A stretch of 60,937 nucleotides of DNA, filler included, from Sphacelaria rigidula (GCA_964200075.2; 7 parts of 7 records of this genome joined end to end with filler, not necessarily neighbours in it), one strand, 5' to 3'; positions 12,123 to 26,161 are shown, counted from the whole stretch's first letter. Made by a program: numbers and translations. The notes: generated by a model from the letters alone, not told the origin.

Positions 12123-15100
12123 TATATATATATATATATATGTTATCAATTTCTATTTTATTTGTCGCACAAACTTTGAACCCTTTCCAATCCTCGGGAC
12201 GAGTCTGTCGTCTCGAGGGATTAACCCACCTTCCCCTGGTACATGCCTTGCAATTTGGTGTCTCTCGGGTTCGGGTCAGCGATTCCTCACCGCGTCAACT
12301 CTCGTCCAACAAACTCCGTCAACTACTTCTTATATCCTCACGTAGGAACGCTCCCGACGATGAAAAATCAGATACTTCGCAGGAAAAACCCAACACATCG
12401 GGCATCGATCCCTCGTTCTTTCCACCCTAACGGTGACAGTCGGACCCTTATATTTCAGACCGCCGGGACGCGGTCATACTCCAATATCCGTGGCCGTCGT
12501 GTGGGTCGTTGCCTTTGATGGATCATTCAGCTGATTTCTGGGTACCGAACGTCGGAGCGACCACTCGCGTTGTTCCAGGGCTTTGGCTTCTTCACGATGT
12601 TTCGCTTTAGGCCCCCCGATTCTAGGCCCGGCAGGAGGTGAAATCAACGCTTTTGGGCGGGGGCGAGAAGACACTCACAACACCTTTGGCTGAATTGCAG
12701 GACATATCGTGCCCCATGTAAGGGCTGTTAGACTTGGGTAGATCTATCTTGTGACCACCGCTCAATCCGTCGGGAATCAATGCATATGTGATAACCACTC
12801 ACTCACTAAGTTTACGCTCCGAGTCAGCCAACTGCTGTACGTTTTTTGCTTTCACGAGTGTTTGTGATCTGGGGATATTTTGTTCATCCACACACGGGCT
12901 CCCATGACGACGAACCCAGGGAAGACGTCTTCCGTACCTAGTAAAACGTACAGTGTAGTATCTTGCGTGTACGTATCTCCCCTGTTGTACACGTTAGCCC
13001 CACGAAGTCAAAGTGCGTTGTGGCGGGATGTGTGAAAGCTTTCAGGTCGCCACGCTCTATGAGAGTGATTTGATTTCAGTGTTGGTGTGCCTGCCTCTAG
13101 TTCACATGCTGGTTCAAGCACCCATTAACCGGCAACAGCAACTTGAGTTCTCGTTGGTGAAAATTATAGCACAAAAACGCCACGTTTCGTGGGAAAAGTT
13201 CCGACATCGCACAGCAGATAACCGCGACCCAAGCTGCAGCGTTGATACTATGCCGAAAAGTGCACTCTCACAAAGCATCTCGGTGGGCAGAGTGCTGGTA
13301 CTAGGTATCCTCATGTTCCACCGTACATGCATTCTTAGAACGCGGCCCAGTGTGATCGGTGTGAGGTCAGCTGATGTAGATACAGTCAGTGCGTCCTGTA
13401 TGCTTGGGTCGAGTTGCCCAGCCCATGTCTATTCTGTCCGCAACCCGCATTGGTCAGAGTGAAGCTCGATGCCCTGTATCTCATTAAATGAACCCGAACT
13501 GTCGTCCCTTCGCCGTGGATTTGTGATACAACCACTCTATGTAGCATAAAATGCGCGGGTAAGGGTTTGGCCTGCTATGCCAGTGTGCTTCCCATGAATT
13601 AGTTCGAATCTCGTCGGTGCATCAAATGTGATGAGCGTCCGCTAGACAGTGATTTTAACATATTCCGCCGCAAACAGATGAGATTTCGGGTACCTTCTGG
13701 AAGGGACGAGGCGTCGACCTTCACCCTGAATTATGTGAGTTGCGGGCAGCACTGACAGACGTGGGCAGGGCGACCCGACCAGACCCCACAGGACTTACTG
13801 ACTGCATTCGCGTCAGCTGGCTTCACACAGTCCTTTTAAGACACGTCCTACGTGAGCATGGCGCATGTCATGCGGGGCAACGAGGTGGTGGTACGTACGG
13901 TGGAACGTGGGAGTACCAGCCGTTGGCGAGAATGGCAACTCATGGCTCGGTGGTAGATTTGATGTGACGATGCTGGTCTTCCAGACATGGCGCGGCCCAA
14001 AAGCGACCAACGAAACTCCCGCATTTGTCGGTCGGGGACAAAAGTTACCGGCGCGTCCGACTATGTTCGATGGAAAATTGTACTCAAGTCAAAGGTGACC
14101 ATTCGCTTGAGAGCAATGCTACGGTTTGGGTTGCACGTTTTTAGCGGAAACGTTTCTCGGGGTTGCTCGGGGTGTTTGACGGATTATTTTGAGAATCAGC
14201 ATCATTTTTACATGAAAAAGGACTGAGAATGACGCCGATTCACGAAAACGCCCCTGCGTGCAAACACCATGTTTCTGGGAATGCGGTCTCCGGAGATTTG
14301 GGTTGCACAGTAAGCCCCATATATTTTGGCTCCTGCAGAAGAGCGACCCAGAAACAAAAAGTGCAACCCCTACCGTGACATTGCTCTTTGGTTTCATATT
14401 TCCCTTTGGAATCATATCCCAGTGAGTGATTCTGCCGTCATCGAGGCAAACGTTTATTACAACAATATAGCACACACAACAGTGTCCCAATGATGATCGA
14501 TATGAAGGAGCAGTGAGAGCAGTGGGGCATATTTTGTACACAGTTGAACGTAGTCAACGAGCGCCTCATTTCGAGCCCTCGGAGACGGCGCGAGAGGTCG
14601 TCTGGCGACTTTGTGTCCCCGACATGAACGACCGGAGGCGAGGCCAGTGTAGCAATCAATACAGAAGACGGGGTACGCTCGCGATGTTCATGCTGCGGTT
14701 GGTCGTCGCCGCCGCAACAACTCTCTTTGATGACGGTAGCGCCACACGGTTTTCTGTACCTTATATATTGCTCGGTTGATTGTTTTCCTTATCCGGCGTG
14801 CATCAGGGCAGGAGCTAGACTTGGAGCTACTGGGCATGATTGGGACCACCTGCGCGTGCCATTCGCCTGCGCGGGCACGGCGTGGTGCCAACGCAAATTC
14901 CCGTCTGTTTGGTCGGCACTCAACAGTCGACACCATTGTTTTACGTGCCAACTGCTCCCCCGTGAAAATACAATCTCCATTGCTGTGACCCAGAACTTGA
15001 TCCACGGTCCGTCTTATTACGCGTAATTTCCCACGGCAATGGCCGCCAGGGGCAAAACAGGGATGGACGTTCATAGCAACGTTGCCCTTCATCAGAATGT

Positions 15101-15878
15101 GGTCGAGGTTGAGTAGCTGTCGAGTTTTCACGGCCGGCAGACGTAGTCTGTTCTGCAGTATTGCACTGCTGTGTTTTCAAGCATACAACACTGCCGCTAG
15201 AGAGCATGAAAATGACCGCCTGCGGCCTCAGCGTGCATTTCTGTTTTTTTTTTCTTTTCTCAACGCGATGAGCTACAACGTACATGAACTGAAGGAATTC
15301 TCCAGGTTTGTATCGGAAATATATTATGAAGAGTGGTGCTCTTGCATGGAGAGGTTTTGGAACATGCCCTGGAGATGAGCTAGATGCTTTAAAGTCCTCG
15401 AAGAATAACGTTCGTATTGCGTTGTTATATCTAGCCTTTTGCTACTTTTTCGTAGCAAGTATTGGAGCGACTTCGCAACAGTATCTCCGACTTTGGTCCG
15501 CGGGAACTGCCGCGTATACACTGCATGCACAATGGTGTCGGGGAAAAAGCATGTAGTGGAAACACCTCCCTGAGGCGCATACACTTAGAAAGCTGAAGCT
15601 ATCCAATAAATGCCAGTTATGTCTTTGTCAGTGTGTGCATATCAAAACCTGCTTCCGATATTTCAGTGGTAGTTTTAACACGACGAAAATGAGGCGGGCT
15701 TGTGCTTTTGTGAAAATAGTCACGCCCAGTACCTTTGTACCGTCCTAGCATGATTGACGTCGCGGCTGAGGAATGATCGAGTGCTGCGCCGTGTCAACTA
15801 CGTTGGACCTTCCTGTACTGCATGGCACTGCACTGAACTGAACTATGATGTTTTTTTTACTATCTTCTTTCGTCATAT

Positions 15879-16321
15879 AACACGGCATCTTACAAATTGG
15901 GATGGATCATTGATTGGGGATGAGAGACCCGGAGAATTAAAATCTTCATATCAACACCAAATCTTCGAAACATGGTTCCATTTTTTCACCTACTGATAGC
16001 TGTTGACACCTGCCACACGCCATACAAATTTGGATTTCGATCACCGAAATGTTGGGGCCCTAGGTGAAAAAACGATTTTGGGGAATTTCGGCTGTCCGAC
16101 TGTACGCCAAAATGGTTCCGAAACTGGTTTTTCACGTAGGACCCCAAATTTCGGGTGACCGAAATCCAGATTCCTATGCCGTGTAGCAGTTGTCGATAGC
16201 TACCAGTAGGTGAAGAAATGGAAGCACATTTCGAAGTTTCGATGTTGATACGAAGATTTTAATCCTCCGGGTTTCTCATCCCCAATAAATGATCCATCTC
16301 CAATTTGTAAGATCCCGTGTT
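15879..16321. mobile_element. Foldback MITE family A, copy 1 (443 bp)
   Basis: Almost wholly palindromic; termini AACACGG...CCCGTGTT; flanks ATAT and TTAT. Confidence 0.9.
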
Positions 16322-17094
16322 TTATGTTGATTCCCCCCCCCCCCTTTACTAGATTATGAGTACACCCACCCCGTTCTTTGGACCGTTCTACAATAATAAG
16401 GGATCAACACGTCATCTCTCGTAGATCTTCCTTGCTACTCATATCCTCATATTTCAACCGACGGATCTTGGTTTCTCCATGGTGAAATATCCTCCGGATG
16501 GAAGCAGGCATATCTGTCGGGATTGAACCCGCAAAGCCCCCCTAAGCTGACGTTCGACCAGCGGGGCGTACTCCCGTGCAGGCGTTCCTTCTGCGAAGGG
16601 AAGCCGTTCTTCACCTGTGTGGGCGTACGCGGGGAATCGCCCAAATTGACGCGATAATACGCAAACGTGGCACGGTCAGGACGAGTCGTCACGACTACGA
16701 ATCACCAAACCCACGATTTCTTCGGCCTGATTGCCCAAAAGGGAGAGAAAAGTTGACGGCTGGTCCAATGGGGTATCCACGCACCTTTTGCACCATGCCA
16801 CGTGTCTGGGCTGCGTGTACCTGGGTTGCAACGCTGATAGCAAAGCCTAGGGGTTGATTCGTACGATTCTAATCAATTATACTAAAACCAAGTAATTTCC
16901 AGGCACATCATTATTTGTCCGACCCTTGAAACGTTGTGCTCATCGTTGGAGGACTTTGGTGCACGAATTGGCAGAATCACTGGCATACAGAACCGCGTGC
17001 TTTCGGTATATCCATTTCCCCGCCCTCAACTGCTTCTTGACCAGCGAATCGTATGTGGTGTAATGTCCCTGCACCGTGACCTGCCGTTTGCCAG

Positions 17095-17210
17095 GTGTTG
17101 TGGAGCTGACGAGTTCGTGAAATTACACGCGTACACTCTGACGGAGTACCACCGCGTCCTGCACCTGGACGTTGACACGCTCCTGCTCCATCCAATGGAT
17201 GAGCTGATGG
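17095..17210 (+). CDS. GT8 (glycogenin-like) glycosyltransferase exon CCGADEFVKLHAYTLTEYHRVLHLDVDTLLLHPMDELM
   Basis: KL...L..Y..V..LDxD.L.....D.L pattern of the GT8/glycogenin DxD region; CAG acceptor and GTAAG donor. Confidence 0.88.
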
Positions 17211-17341
17211 GTAAGGGTTATTCAACAGGTTGGGATCGCGGCGTTTTTTCAAGTTCAACCAGGAGGTGTACTACTCATGATCTTACATGCCATAGTCATA
17301 AGACCATTGACCTCGCATCCCTACAAAGCCGGGACAGAGCA

Positions 17342-17441
17342 NNNNNNNNNNNNNNNNNNNNNNNNNNNNNNNNNNNNNNNNNNNNTTAATTAATTAANNN
17401 NNNNNNNNNNNNNNNNNNNNNNNNNNNNNNNNNNNNNNNNN
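17342..17441. other. Artificial contig linker
   Basis: Same 100-bp linker; contig 2 is 8722-17341. Confidence 0.97.
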
Positions 17442-17589
17442 CTCCCGCTCAAAAGGGACGCGTGGTCAATGGTCAACTCCCTAAGGCAAACAACAAATGA
17501 GTCCGCCCCCCCCCCCCCCCCGGATGCTCCGTCTCGAAAGGGATGCGTGGTCAATGGTCAAACGACTAAGGTAAGCAACGGATGAGTAT
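17442..17589 (+). repeat. Two adjacent copies of the 65-75 nt structured element, subfamily A
   Basis: ATGCTCCGTCTCGAAAGGGATGCGTGGTCAATGGTCAAACGACTAAGG...GAGTA, separated by a C run. Other copies (reverse): 21929-21994, 33213-33266, 51464-51529, 52399-52464, 54808-54873. Confidence 0.85.
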
Positions 17590-18503
17590 GTCCCCCCTCC
17601 CCGACGCTTACAGGTGAGCAGCTCCTCTCTGCTTGCGAGTACCGTCCCCCAGTTTAGATCAACCGACCGTGCATTCATCATGTGGTCTCCAAACCCGTAC
17701 ACATGTGACTATTTTTGAGGTGTGCTTACCATGGTTGACACACTTCAAAATATAACGCTGACCGTAACCAAGAACCCAACCCAAGACATATCGACAACTC
17801 CCGGGCAAAGTGCGCATTGGCAGACCTCGCCGAATTTCACTAAACGCGTTTTGCGCACGCTATTAGGAGCACTCGGGACTGCCAGCCGCACTAAAATATA
17901 TATGTATATATAAAAAGGTGTCCACACGCTAAAACCGAGCAATATCAAGCATGAATACCTTGGAGGTGAGCTGGGGTGCAAATCTACTGCTTTTTTATCC
18001 CATCAAATCAGCCCTTCTCACGCATTTTCTAGTAGTCGATCTAGGGTGGTCTGACACCCAAGGGCTTGAAAGCGGTTAAGAGAGGTCGCGTAAGGTGAAA
18101 GAGACGGACAGGAGGCAACAGGGCAACGCGTTGAAGAGGACATGTGGCTTGGACGACGTACAGGTACTAGTGTACTACGCTTCTAAAGACGGAATGAGTG
18201 AGAAAGGGCGGGAATAGACTGCCGTGCAGTGCTATCGTGCGACCCAGCAGCATGAAGAGCGAACTTTCTTGCGGCGAAACCTGATTTTGTCCAGATCTAC
18301 TTTGTGTGCTGATCCTCCTGCCAAGCCTTCGCCTCACATCTCTAACCCAGAGCTCAACCCTAAACCCGAGGTGTCACGCCGAGAACGGCCTAGCTTCCCT
18401 GATTTCTTTTTGCTCTACTCTGTTATTTTGCGACGAAAATCTTCGACGCATGATCGCGAGGGCTGAATTCCCCGAGGTCGCAGGGTCTGGGGGGTGGAGA
18501 GGT

Positions 18504-18579
18504 GTGCTCATGATCTTGCATACTGTAGTCTTCAGACCATCCATTGACCTCGTATTCCTACAAAGCCGAGACGGGGCAC
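18504..18579 (-). repeat. 65-75 nt structured element, subfamily B
   Basis: Same architecture as subfamily A with different loops; other copies at 17268-17341 and 60884-60937. Confidence 0.8.
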
Positions 18580-19059
18580 GCCGGGTTTTCACCAGACCAG
18601 GCTCGCAATCAATCGCCAAGCGCGAAGAGCCATCATGTGTTCATCGAGTCGCATGAAGGGTGAGCTGCATCCTGGTAAGATTGTTCGGCCCGAGGCGGAC
18701 TGATTGCCTTGCATTTGGAGGGCAGCCTCCAATGAGTTGTTTCACTTTCTGGTATCGCCACTTTCAGAGACAACCACGGCTTCCACAGTGCCTCATGGGT
18801 ATCATGCGATGTAAACACTACATAGTATGATTGATCATTCCCCTTACGCGGAACTGAAATTTTCCCACTCCACACAACATGATCTAGCTCGACAACCACC
18901 ATGGTTATCGCAATGAAAAACGTAAGCGCGCAAAAACAAAAACGGTAAATTGGTTTTTGCCTAGCTAACGCAGTGAGTGACGTGTTTTACACATCGTTGC
19001 CAACCGACGCCAACCCCATGGGGGGGGGGGGGGCTACACGCGAACAACGAAGAGCGCAC

Positions 19060-19231
19060 CTCCTTCGGGCCTGAGCCGATCTGCGCCTCACTTCCTGGCA
19101 GCTTGATGGCGAGCTTCCGCATCTGCTGCACCCTCTTGGAGTTGACATCGTCGGTTATCTTGGTGGCCTTGAGTCGCTTCTTCTTCTCTCGCGCTGCCGC
19201 CATGGCTTTCTCCAACCCTTCCTGTTGACTC
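19060..19231 (-). CDS. LPA1: DUF3493/LPA1-like protein exon SQQEGLEKAMAAAREKKKRLKATKITDDVNSKRVQQMRKLAIKLPGSEAQIGSGPKE
   Basis: CAG acceptor and GTGCG donor; phase-2 start joins the previous exon in frame; charged helical segment. Confidence 0.72.
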
Positions 19232-20277
19232 CTGCATGAGCAACATGGACGGGAAAGAAGAACACAAAAAAAATGAAACGACTTCTCCACACATGACTTT
19301 CAACTTTGCAGAAAGCAACGGCAGCGAGTGGTAAGTGTGCGTACGGTACGAACACGTCGGTAGCTTTTTCGTGAGGGGCAACGCATAAGAGCTACTACTA
19401 GCTGTTCGTCATGCCGCAATGCCCCCCCCCCCAGAAAAATGGGTGGTTCAACGAGGCAAAAACCGAGCACACGGAGCAGCCGGCAACTCCCACGCTAGGA
19501 TCGTCTTTGCCAATGTCGCCCACATGAAGGACACCATGAAGTCTCAACACCAGCTATCATGCGCTATATGATGTGATCATTTTCTTCGCGGCGGTTTTGG
19601 GGCAATCGCGGCATCAGTCATATGTTACATGCGACAACGGTATGAATTTAGCAAGGTATCACGTTACAACTTCACCTGCTCCCATGACACACACCTCCGG
19701 GATCACCCATCATCAAAACGTTTGTGGGTTAGGATTCACGCTACGGGTCTGCAGTTTTGACCTGTCCTCAGGATATCATGCCGGCCGGGAGATGGGGCGA
19801 CTTGGATATTGGAGTTGCCTCATAGCTACGCCGTTACAGTTCTTCAGCTTGGTTCGTCTTTGGTGCATCGACTGTATCATAGATTTCCGTTCGCTGTGGT
19901 CGCCGGGGGAGACATATGTAGCCCCGCGACCCAAGAGGTTCATTTTTTCAACGCCATCTTTGTCGCCTGACAAGACACGTTTCCCGCTCGATCCAGCACA
20001 GTGCATTGCTGCTGTTTGCACGTAACTCCTTCCTGTCATGATCCAGTAAACACCAGCTGTCCCGCGTATACAAGACTTCGAACATCGATACATCGCACAT
20101 CTTGGTTTAAAAAAAAAGTCGCGAGACTTGAACAAAAAACCTCATGCCGGGAAAAACTTCGGATGTGGAAAGAATAGATTTTTCGATAATCTTGATCTTG
20201 ATTGATTTAGTCCCGATTGAACTAATCGATCTTCTTCGCGAAAGCAATAGGCAAAAGGCAATAGGCGACACACTCAC

Positions 20278-20374
20278 GTCTCGAAGTTGTAGCAGAACGC
20301 CGCAAACGCCATTACACCGAAGTCAATGGCCAAGTTGAGGAGCACTTGCTGTAGCTCCAGAGCTCCCTCCTTTT
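20278..20374 (-). CDS. LPA1: DUF3493/LPA1-like protein exon KEGALELQQVLLNLAIDFGVMAFAAFCYNFE(T)
   Basis: NLAID motif plus second hydrophobic helix of DUF3493; phases 1 and 2 are consistent with both neighbours. Confidence 0.78.
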
Positions 20375-22175
20375 CTGACAGAGCTGCGATGAAAGGTGGA
20401 AGGAGGGGGAGAAAAAGGGAGAAGAAGAAAAAAAACGAAATACGGCCGAAACGACGAGTCAACCGACAGATGGATAATGACACTAAACAAATGACCACGC
20501 CAACGAGTCAGCGGCGTTTCCACAGTATGTGTATGACTATGATCATGATTATGATCATGATTATGACAACGACTATGATAATTTCTGTACATTACCCCCA
20601 ACCGTGGTCACAGACGTAGGCTCGCCTTTCCCTTACCGTCACAAAAGCTCGTGACATAAGAGAGGAGTGCCTACAGTATTCAGCGGCTTGCGATGGCCTT
20701 CACATACTGATGTTCACCCTCTCTGTCCGCGAGGCAGTCTACTCGAGTCCAAATATGCCGAAGATGCGTGACCTCACGTTCATGACTAATTTTCCCGATT
20801 TCTCCTCCGGCGGTGAAGATTCCGCGGTCTTTCTAATCAAAGGATCAGGTTTCTCACCTCTCCCATGACCGGACGCTACGGCAATACGGCAAGAGATCAT
20901 ACTCACGGCACTTGAGGGGGTAAATCAGTGCGGAAAACAAACGATTGGAGGACTAGACTTCAAGTGAGAACACGGGGCGCCAATGAACCTACCGAACGAT
21001 AACATTGAACAGGCATTGACAGCAACAGCCAGAACAAGGATCACAGACTGGCCAATACCATAAATAACACACACATACACATACACACACCGCCGCCGAC
21101 GTAGCGGCCGACATGTCGGTGAGCGATGAACACCGGCAGTAAGCGACGGTCGAAACAAGGAGTCGACCGTCGGGAAGGAGTAGTAGAACGGAGGGTGTTG
21201 AGAACTCTTCATCGCGCCGTACGGTGCACTCAAAGTTGCGGCCATCAACATGGCGAACAAAAACAACACGTACACAAGAGTGCTTGCGCAGACATACACT
21301 TGTCACATTTTGTCCCCCCCATACATAGCTGTTACCGCAGTGAGCTCATTGGCTCGGACATAGCCATACACGAGAAATGCAAAAAAAAAAAACTAGTAAA
21401 CACATGCGCGCGCGAAATGTCTCAAGTGGAGATCAAGGGCAGAGATATTAAACCCAACCCCAGCTTTGGCAGAGACCTGAAATAACTCATGACGTGATTT
21501 TTTCTGGAGGGCTAATGCCACCACGCCCAGATGGTCTAAACGAAAAGGGTACAGCAGCAGCCAGTTCGGGGGAGAGATTTCGGGTTCGAATCTCAACAGG
21601 ACCAGTTCTTGTACAGCATAATCTGGTCTATGTCGTTGCAAGGGAGAGAAAGTGAATAGCAAAAGTAGTGTCTTCGACGAGAGGGTGCGAGAGTGCTGAC
21701 TATAGTCATGATCCAATCTATGATACCAAAAATATCAGGCCATATACCGAGGGGGAGGGGGATAGTCCCGTAAGGCTACGTACGGACTTGACTCTAGGAA
21801 GGGGTGGCGTTGAAAGTATGATGAATGAGACGCCAACGAGTCTCATGGATTTAACCCCCCCCCCCCTTGGTTTTATGGATCACGCACCCCCCGCAAGGTC
21901 ATCGCACCACAAGAGAGGGCCGAGGGGCGTTCTCATTTGTTGCTTGCCTTAGTCGTTTGACCACTGACCACGCATCCCTTTCGAGACGGAGCATGAGGGT
22001 GGGGGGAAGGGGGGATGCATGAACGCTATCAATAGTGCGATGGCCTGTATGGGTATCCATTTCGACTTGACTTTTTCTGACGTGCTTGTCTCTCCTTCGA
22101 AGGGCGGGGTAGGGTTGGATCGGCTTCCGCTGTATCATCACAGGCGGGGTCCTGCGAGTGATGATTGCAAAAAAA

Positions 22176-22316
22176 CATGCCCTGGATAATGACAATAGAT
22201 TACACTGTCAAAAGTGTAGTGCGTACAGTATCGGGTATTGCGTCTATTTTAATAGACAATAGATTCCATACTGCACGCAGCACTTTTTGACAAAATAGTT
22301 CGTTGTCCACGGTGTG
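22176..22316. mobile_element. Diverged copy of the 138-bp MITE
   Basis: CATGCCCTGGA...TTGTCCACGGTGTG with shared internal GCGTACAGTATCG; a partial, internally duplicated copy lies at 33267-33428. Confidence 0.7.
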
Positions 22317-22828
22317 AAGAAAAACTAATAGGGCATTCTTGAAGAGGAGAAGCGCAGCGGTCCCCAGGCGCTGTTTCACATACCGTGCTGGGCTATCCTG
22401 CTGGTAACCTCTCACGACGCCATAAGCTGTACGTGCAGTGCTGCTGGATCATCTTCCTGCTCACGGCGTCTGTGCTATATGGTTGCACCCCTGCCTGAAT
22501 TTGCCATGTCTTCTCCCGTGCTCGCGTTCGGTGCCTCATCACCCCCCCCTGCCCCGAAGAAGCTTCTTCACTATCGCACTCCCCCCCCCCGCGGTTATCG
22601 CACCGTGTCATCTCCCACGGTCGAGTTTTGATTTCGCTACGCAGTTTTGTGTGATGCGATACCCCCTGTTGCTACCGTACCGTACAGCGACGATAGAGGA
22701 GTTGAACACACACACGCACGTCCATCAGTTTATTTCTCACCATATTTCCGACAATTTTTCATCATGTTTTTTTTCTCTACTTTGCCCACTAGAGCGAAGG
22801 TAAGACACTGACCGTCGGCGCAACTCAC

Positions 22829-22907
22829 TTGCCACCAGCTGCGAGAGCGCCGTCAGACCCCCGATAAACGCCGAAAATCCGAAACCACCGTATATGAACA
22901 CGCGGAC
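22829..22907 (-). CDS. LPA1: DUF3493/LPA1-like protein exon VRVFIYGGFGFSAFIGGLTALSQLVA
   Basis: Resembles the first hydrophobic helix of DUF3493; CAG acceptor and GTGAG donor; phase-1 end fits the next exon. Confidence 0.75.
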
Positions 22908-23985
22908 CTGGAGTACGATACGCACACACGACACGACACGCACGCAAAAAATAAAAATAATAATATAAGACTTCGAAGTGGTGAATAAATGAATTCATTA
23001 ATCAATAAAATGAAGAAACAAATAGAAAAATGAATAAATTAATAAATTAAGAATGAAGAAACAAAAAATACAAAATACAAAATACGAAATAATGAATATG
23101 CATGAATAAACGAATACCGACGCAACACCAAGATAGGCACAAAGATGAACATAAAAATGCTAAATATTTCACCCGATTCAGACGCGGCGACTGCTACAAG
23201 CTTCTGCTGGCAGCAAGGGGCCTTCACAACCGACGGAGAGCTGTCAGCCTTCATGTGCTGAACATTACAGACGGTGTTCGCCATATTGTACTGTACGCTC
23301 ATGTACGTCACTTGCAACTTCACACCTTCGATTACACGATAACATGGCAGGGAAACGAGACATCATCTTGAAGTTGATTTTGATATATATATATATATAT
23401 ATATATTCCAAGGTTCTTCATTCATTGTCATGCATCCGCAGGCCCGCTTGGGAGAGACAGAACCATCTCGTTCCCCAAGGCGGTGGTTTTTCGCCCGGAG
23501 ACTGATTTCCAAGAATTTTCACGCGCAGGGAAAGCTCTCACATGATCATCGCTAAAGCAGGCACGAGTCTCACATGACTCTCACATGACCATCCTTGACC
23601 CCAAGAGCACAAAAAATGTAAATCTGACATGACAATCTTAGAACCACTTCAGAAACATGGGCACGCGTGAAAAACAGCCGATCACGCATAAAATTCATAT
23701 TCTTCTCATTTGGTTCTCGTGCCGTGAGCGTTGAACAGCGTACAAACTACGCAAGCTTTGGAAGTACGCCTTCAATCATCCGGTTGTCACGTGTACAAGT
23801 GCTCATCACCATCACCATCACCATCACCATCACCACGACAGAGCTCGTGCACCGCGTAAAAAACTCACGTTAGTCGCGTACTGCACGTGTTTGGCGTGTC
23901 TTGAACAGCGTGCGATGATTTCAAACATTTGAAACTGTACATGCAGGCGATGCTACTCAACATTTCGGCCACTGTACATGTTGTC

Positions 23986-24322
23986 GTGTGTGTTGTCGTC
24001 CCATCTATTCTGAACGCCAGTCTTCACCTTTCGGTATATATGTGGGCGCACCGGCCGGGGTCACACAGGAGGAAGGTCAACACAGGAGGTTTTTCATCTT
24101 TTGTTTGTTTTTAATACTCCACCTTCCTTGTGCGGTGCTTGCCTTTCTTTTTGTCGCGAAAGGGGTTCAGCACTCCCTCTCCCTCGTCGACCGTTAAGTC
24201 GCTTTTTGTGTACCCACGATATAGTCGCTCTCCACTGTTGGGTGTGGCGTGATAAAAAATCCCAGATCGCTCCGAGGATTGAACCCGCGACCCAACCGTC
24301 AAAAGGTTTCGAGGTTACCAAC
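23986..24322 (-). mobile_element. Same SINE family, truncated within the A box
   Basis: Colinear with 56530-56860; B box GGTTCAATCC; short CA tail. Confidence 0.8.
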
Positions 24323-26061
24323 AGCTTCTTGCTACCTTCCAAGCAATAGAAGATCTCGAATATTTACGTTGGACATCCAAGACAAATCACAACGTGAGAG
24401 TGGTGTACATCTACGACCGCCCCATTCTTGACTGACTCGTTGCTTTTTACAGGTGGCTCCTCTTGCCAGACGTGTTTCAGCTTTTGTGTCTGGAGCGGGA
24501 GGGTAACGCGGGCTGGGGTGGACACGGCCTCAAGTCATGAAAACACTCACGATGTGGCCTGCACACTTGTAATCACGACAACGCTCGTTGAGTAAGAAGC
24601 ACAGCAAGTGTGGATTGCGCCGCGTTCGAGCCATTCCAACGGGGTACCGTGACAAAATTCTATTCTTGAATACAAACTCAACCATTTGAGTGCTTGGACA
24701 GAACGAGTAACAAGCGTGCGGGTTTTAGAGTTGTGACCCGATAAGTGCAGCGTGTGCGCTACGAGAAGTGCATTTCTAGATCGTTGATACCCACAGCATG
24801 GGCACCTATTGAAAAAAATTCGGCTCGAGAATATTGATGCGGAACGAGGATGGTTGCTGTAGCACATGAGGATGTTCACAGAACAGACATTAAGCCGATA
24901 TATTCGACCTTTCAGAAATCGGAAACTTCCAACACTGCCGGTGCGGAAACACTCATGACTCACGATGCCTCCAAATACGCATGATCAGCTGTGCCGGAAA
25001 TAATATCACAAGACCATCTCTAAACAGGGCGCAGGTGTCACAAGACCATCTTTGAACCGGTTGAGAAATATGGAAACGGGAAAAAAGCCATGTGAAAACG
25101 CCTCGATAATTAATCCTTATCCAACAATGCCGCTGACGACGATCCTCTCCGATCATTTTCAACACATTTTTCCAGTAAAAATTTGACCCCAAAAGTACAT
25201 ACTTGTTACCAAAGCGCAAGATATGTAAAGTGGGTCGCAAAAAAAAGTGGGGGACAAGGCACAGTACACCCAGCCCTGTGTTAATTGATTGATTACTTGA
25301 TATATATATACTGGTTTTACATAGTGGTGTGTCGGCTGTCTCGTACCGTTCGACCGCTGCGAACTCCACTTCGGTGATTAGACAGATGCGCTAAAAAAAT
25401 CAGTGATATAGGGGTCACTCGCTCAATAAAACTCGTGAAAATGAGTGCTAAATGGACAAGGTAAAAGGACAGCACGAAGTTCATTAAAAATTAAGGAAAG
25501 ACGACAAAAGCTAGCTCAAGATGTGGTGGTAATATTTCGAGAAATATCCTGACATCCCCAGCCAGTGCTTGAGAGGAGGAGGCCGCACAGAAAGTGACGA
25601 CGTGGAAACGGGTCGCGAGTGAGCTAGCTACCTGAAGACCGTACCATTCAGACAACAAGTTTATCCCGCCACCTCTGCACGGGCGAGAGATGAAGCACTG
25701 ATGCATGAGGGTCGACGATAGAGGGAGGAGAAATAAATAAATAAATAATAGGGTGGAAAACAGTGCCGTAAGAGAAGAAACGAGAGAAACAAATAAATAC
25801 CAAAAAAAGTAACGGAAGCAAGAGAAACAACCCGAGACTAAAAGGCAAGGATACGAACAGAGAGCAGAGCTGAGGGTCATGCCTACAAAGTAAAATAAAC
25901 ATGGAGAAAAAAAATGCGCATCCCGTACGAGTGCACATTCGGGAAATCTTGCATTCCCATTGAGGTAGCCGCAGCTGCCTACTAACAACTAATCGAGCAT
26001 CATCGGAAAAAAAAAAAGGAATCAAAAGACGAGATCGTGGCATCTATTTAGAACCAGTAAC

Positions 26062-26161
26062 NNNNNNNNNNNNNNNNNNNNNNNNNNNNNNNNNNNNNNN
26101 NNNNNTTAATTAATTAANNNNNNNNNNNNNNNNNNNNNNNNNNNNNNNNNNNNNNNNNNNN
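26062..26161. other. Artificial contig linker
   Basis: Same 100-bp linker; contig 3 is 17442-26061. Confidence 0.97.

Noticed and set aside
12780-15700. Decayed transposase or retroelement ORFs in the GT8 intron
   Set aside because: Several mid-length ORFs on both strands, but no motif I can recognise; a translated profile search is needed.
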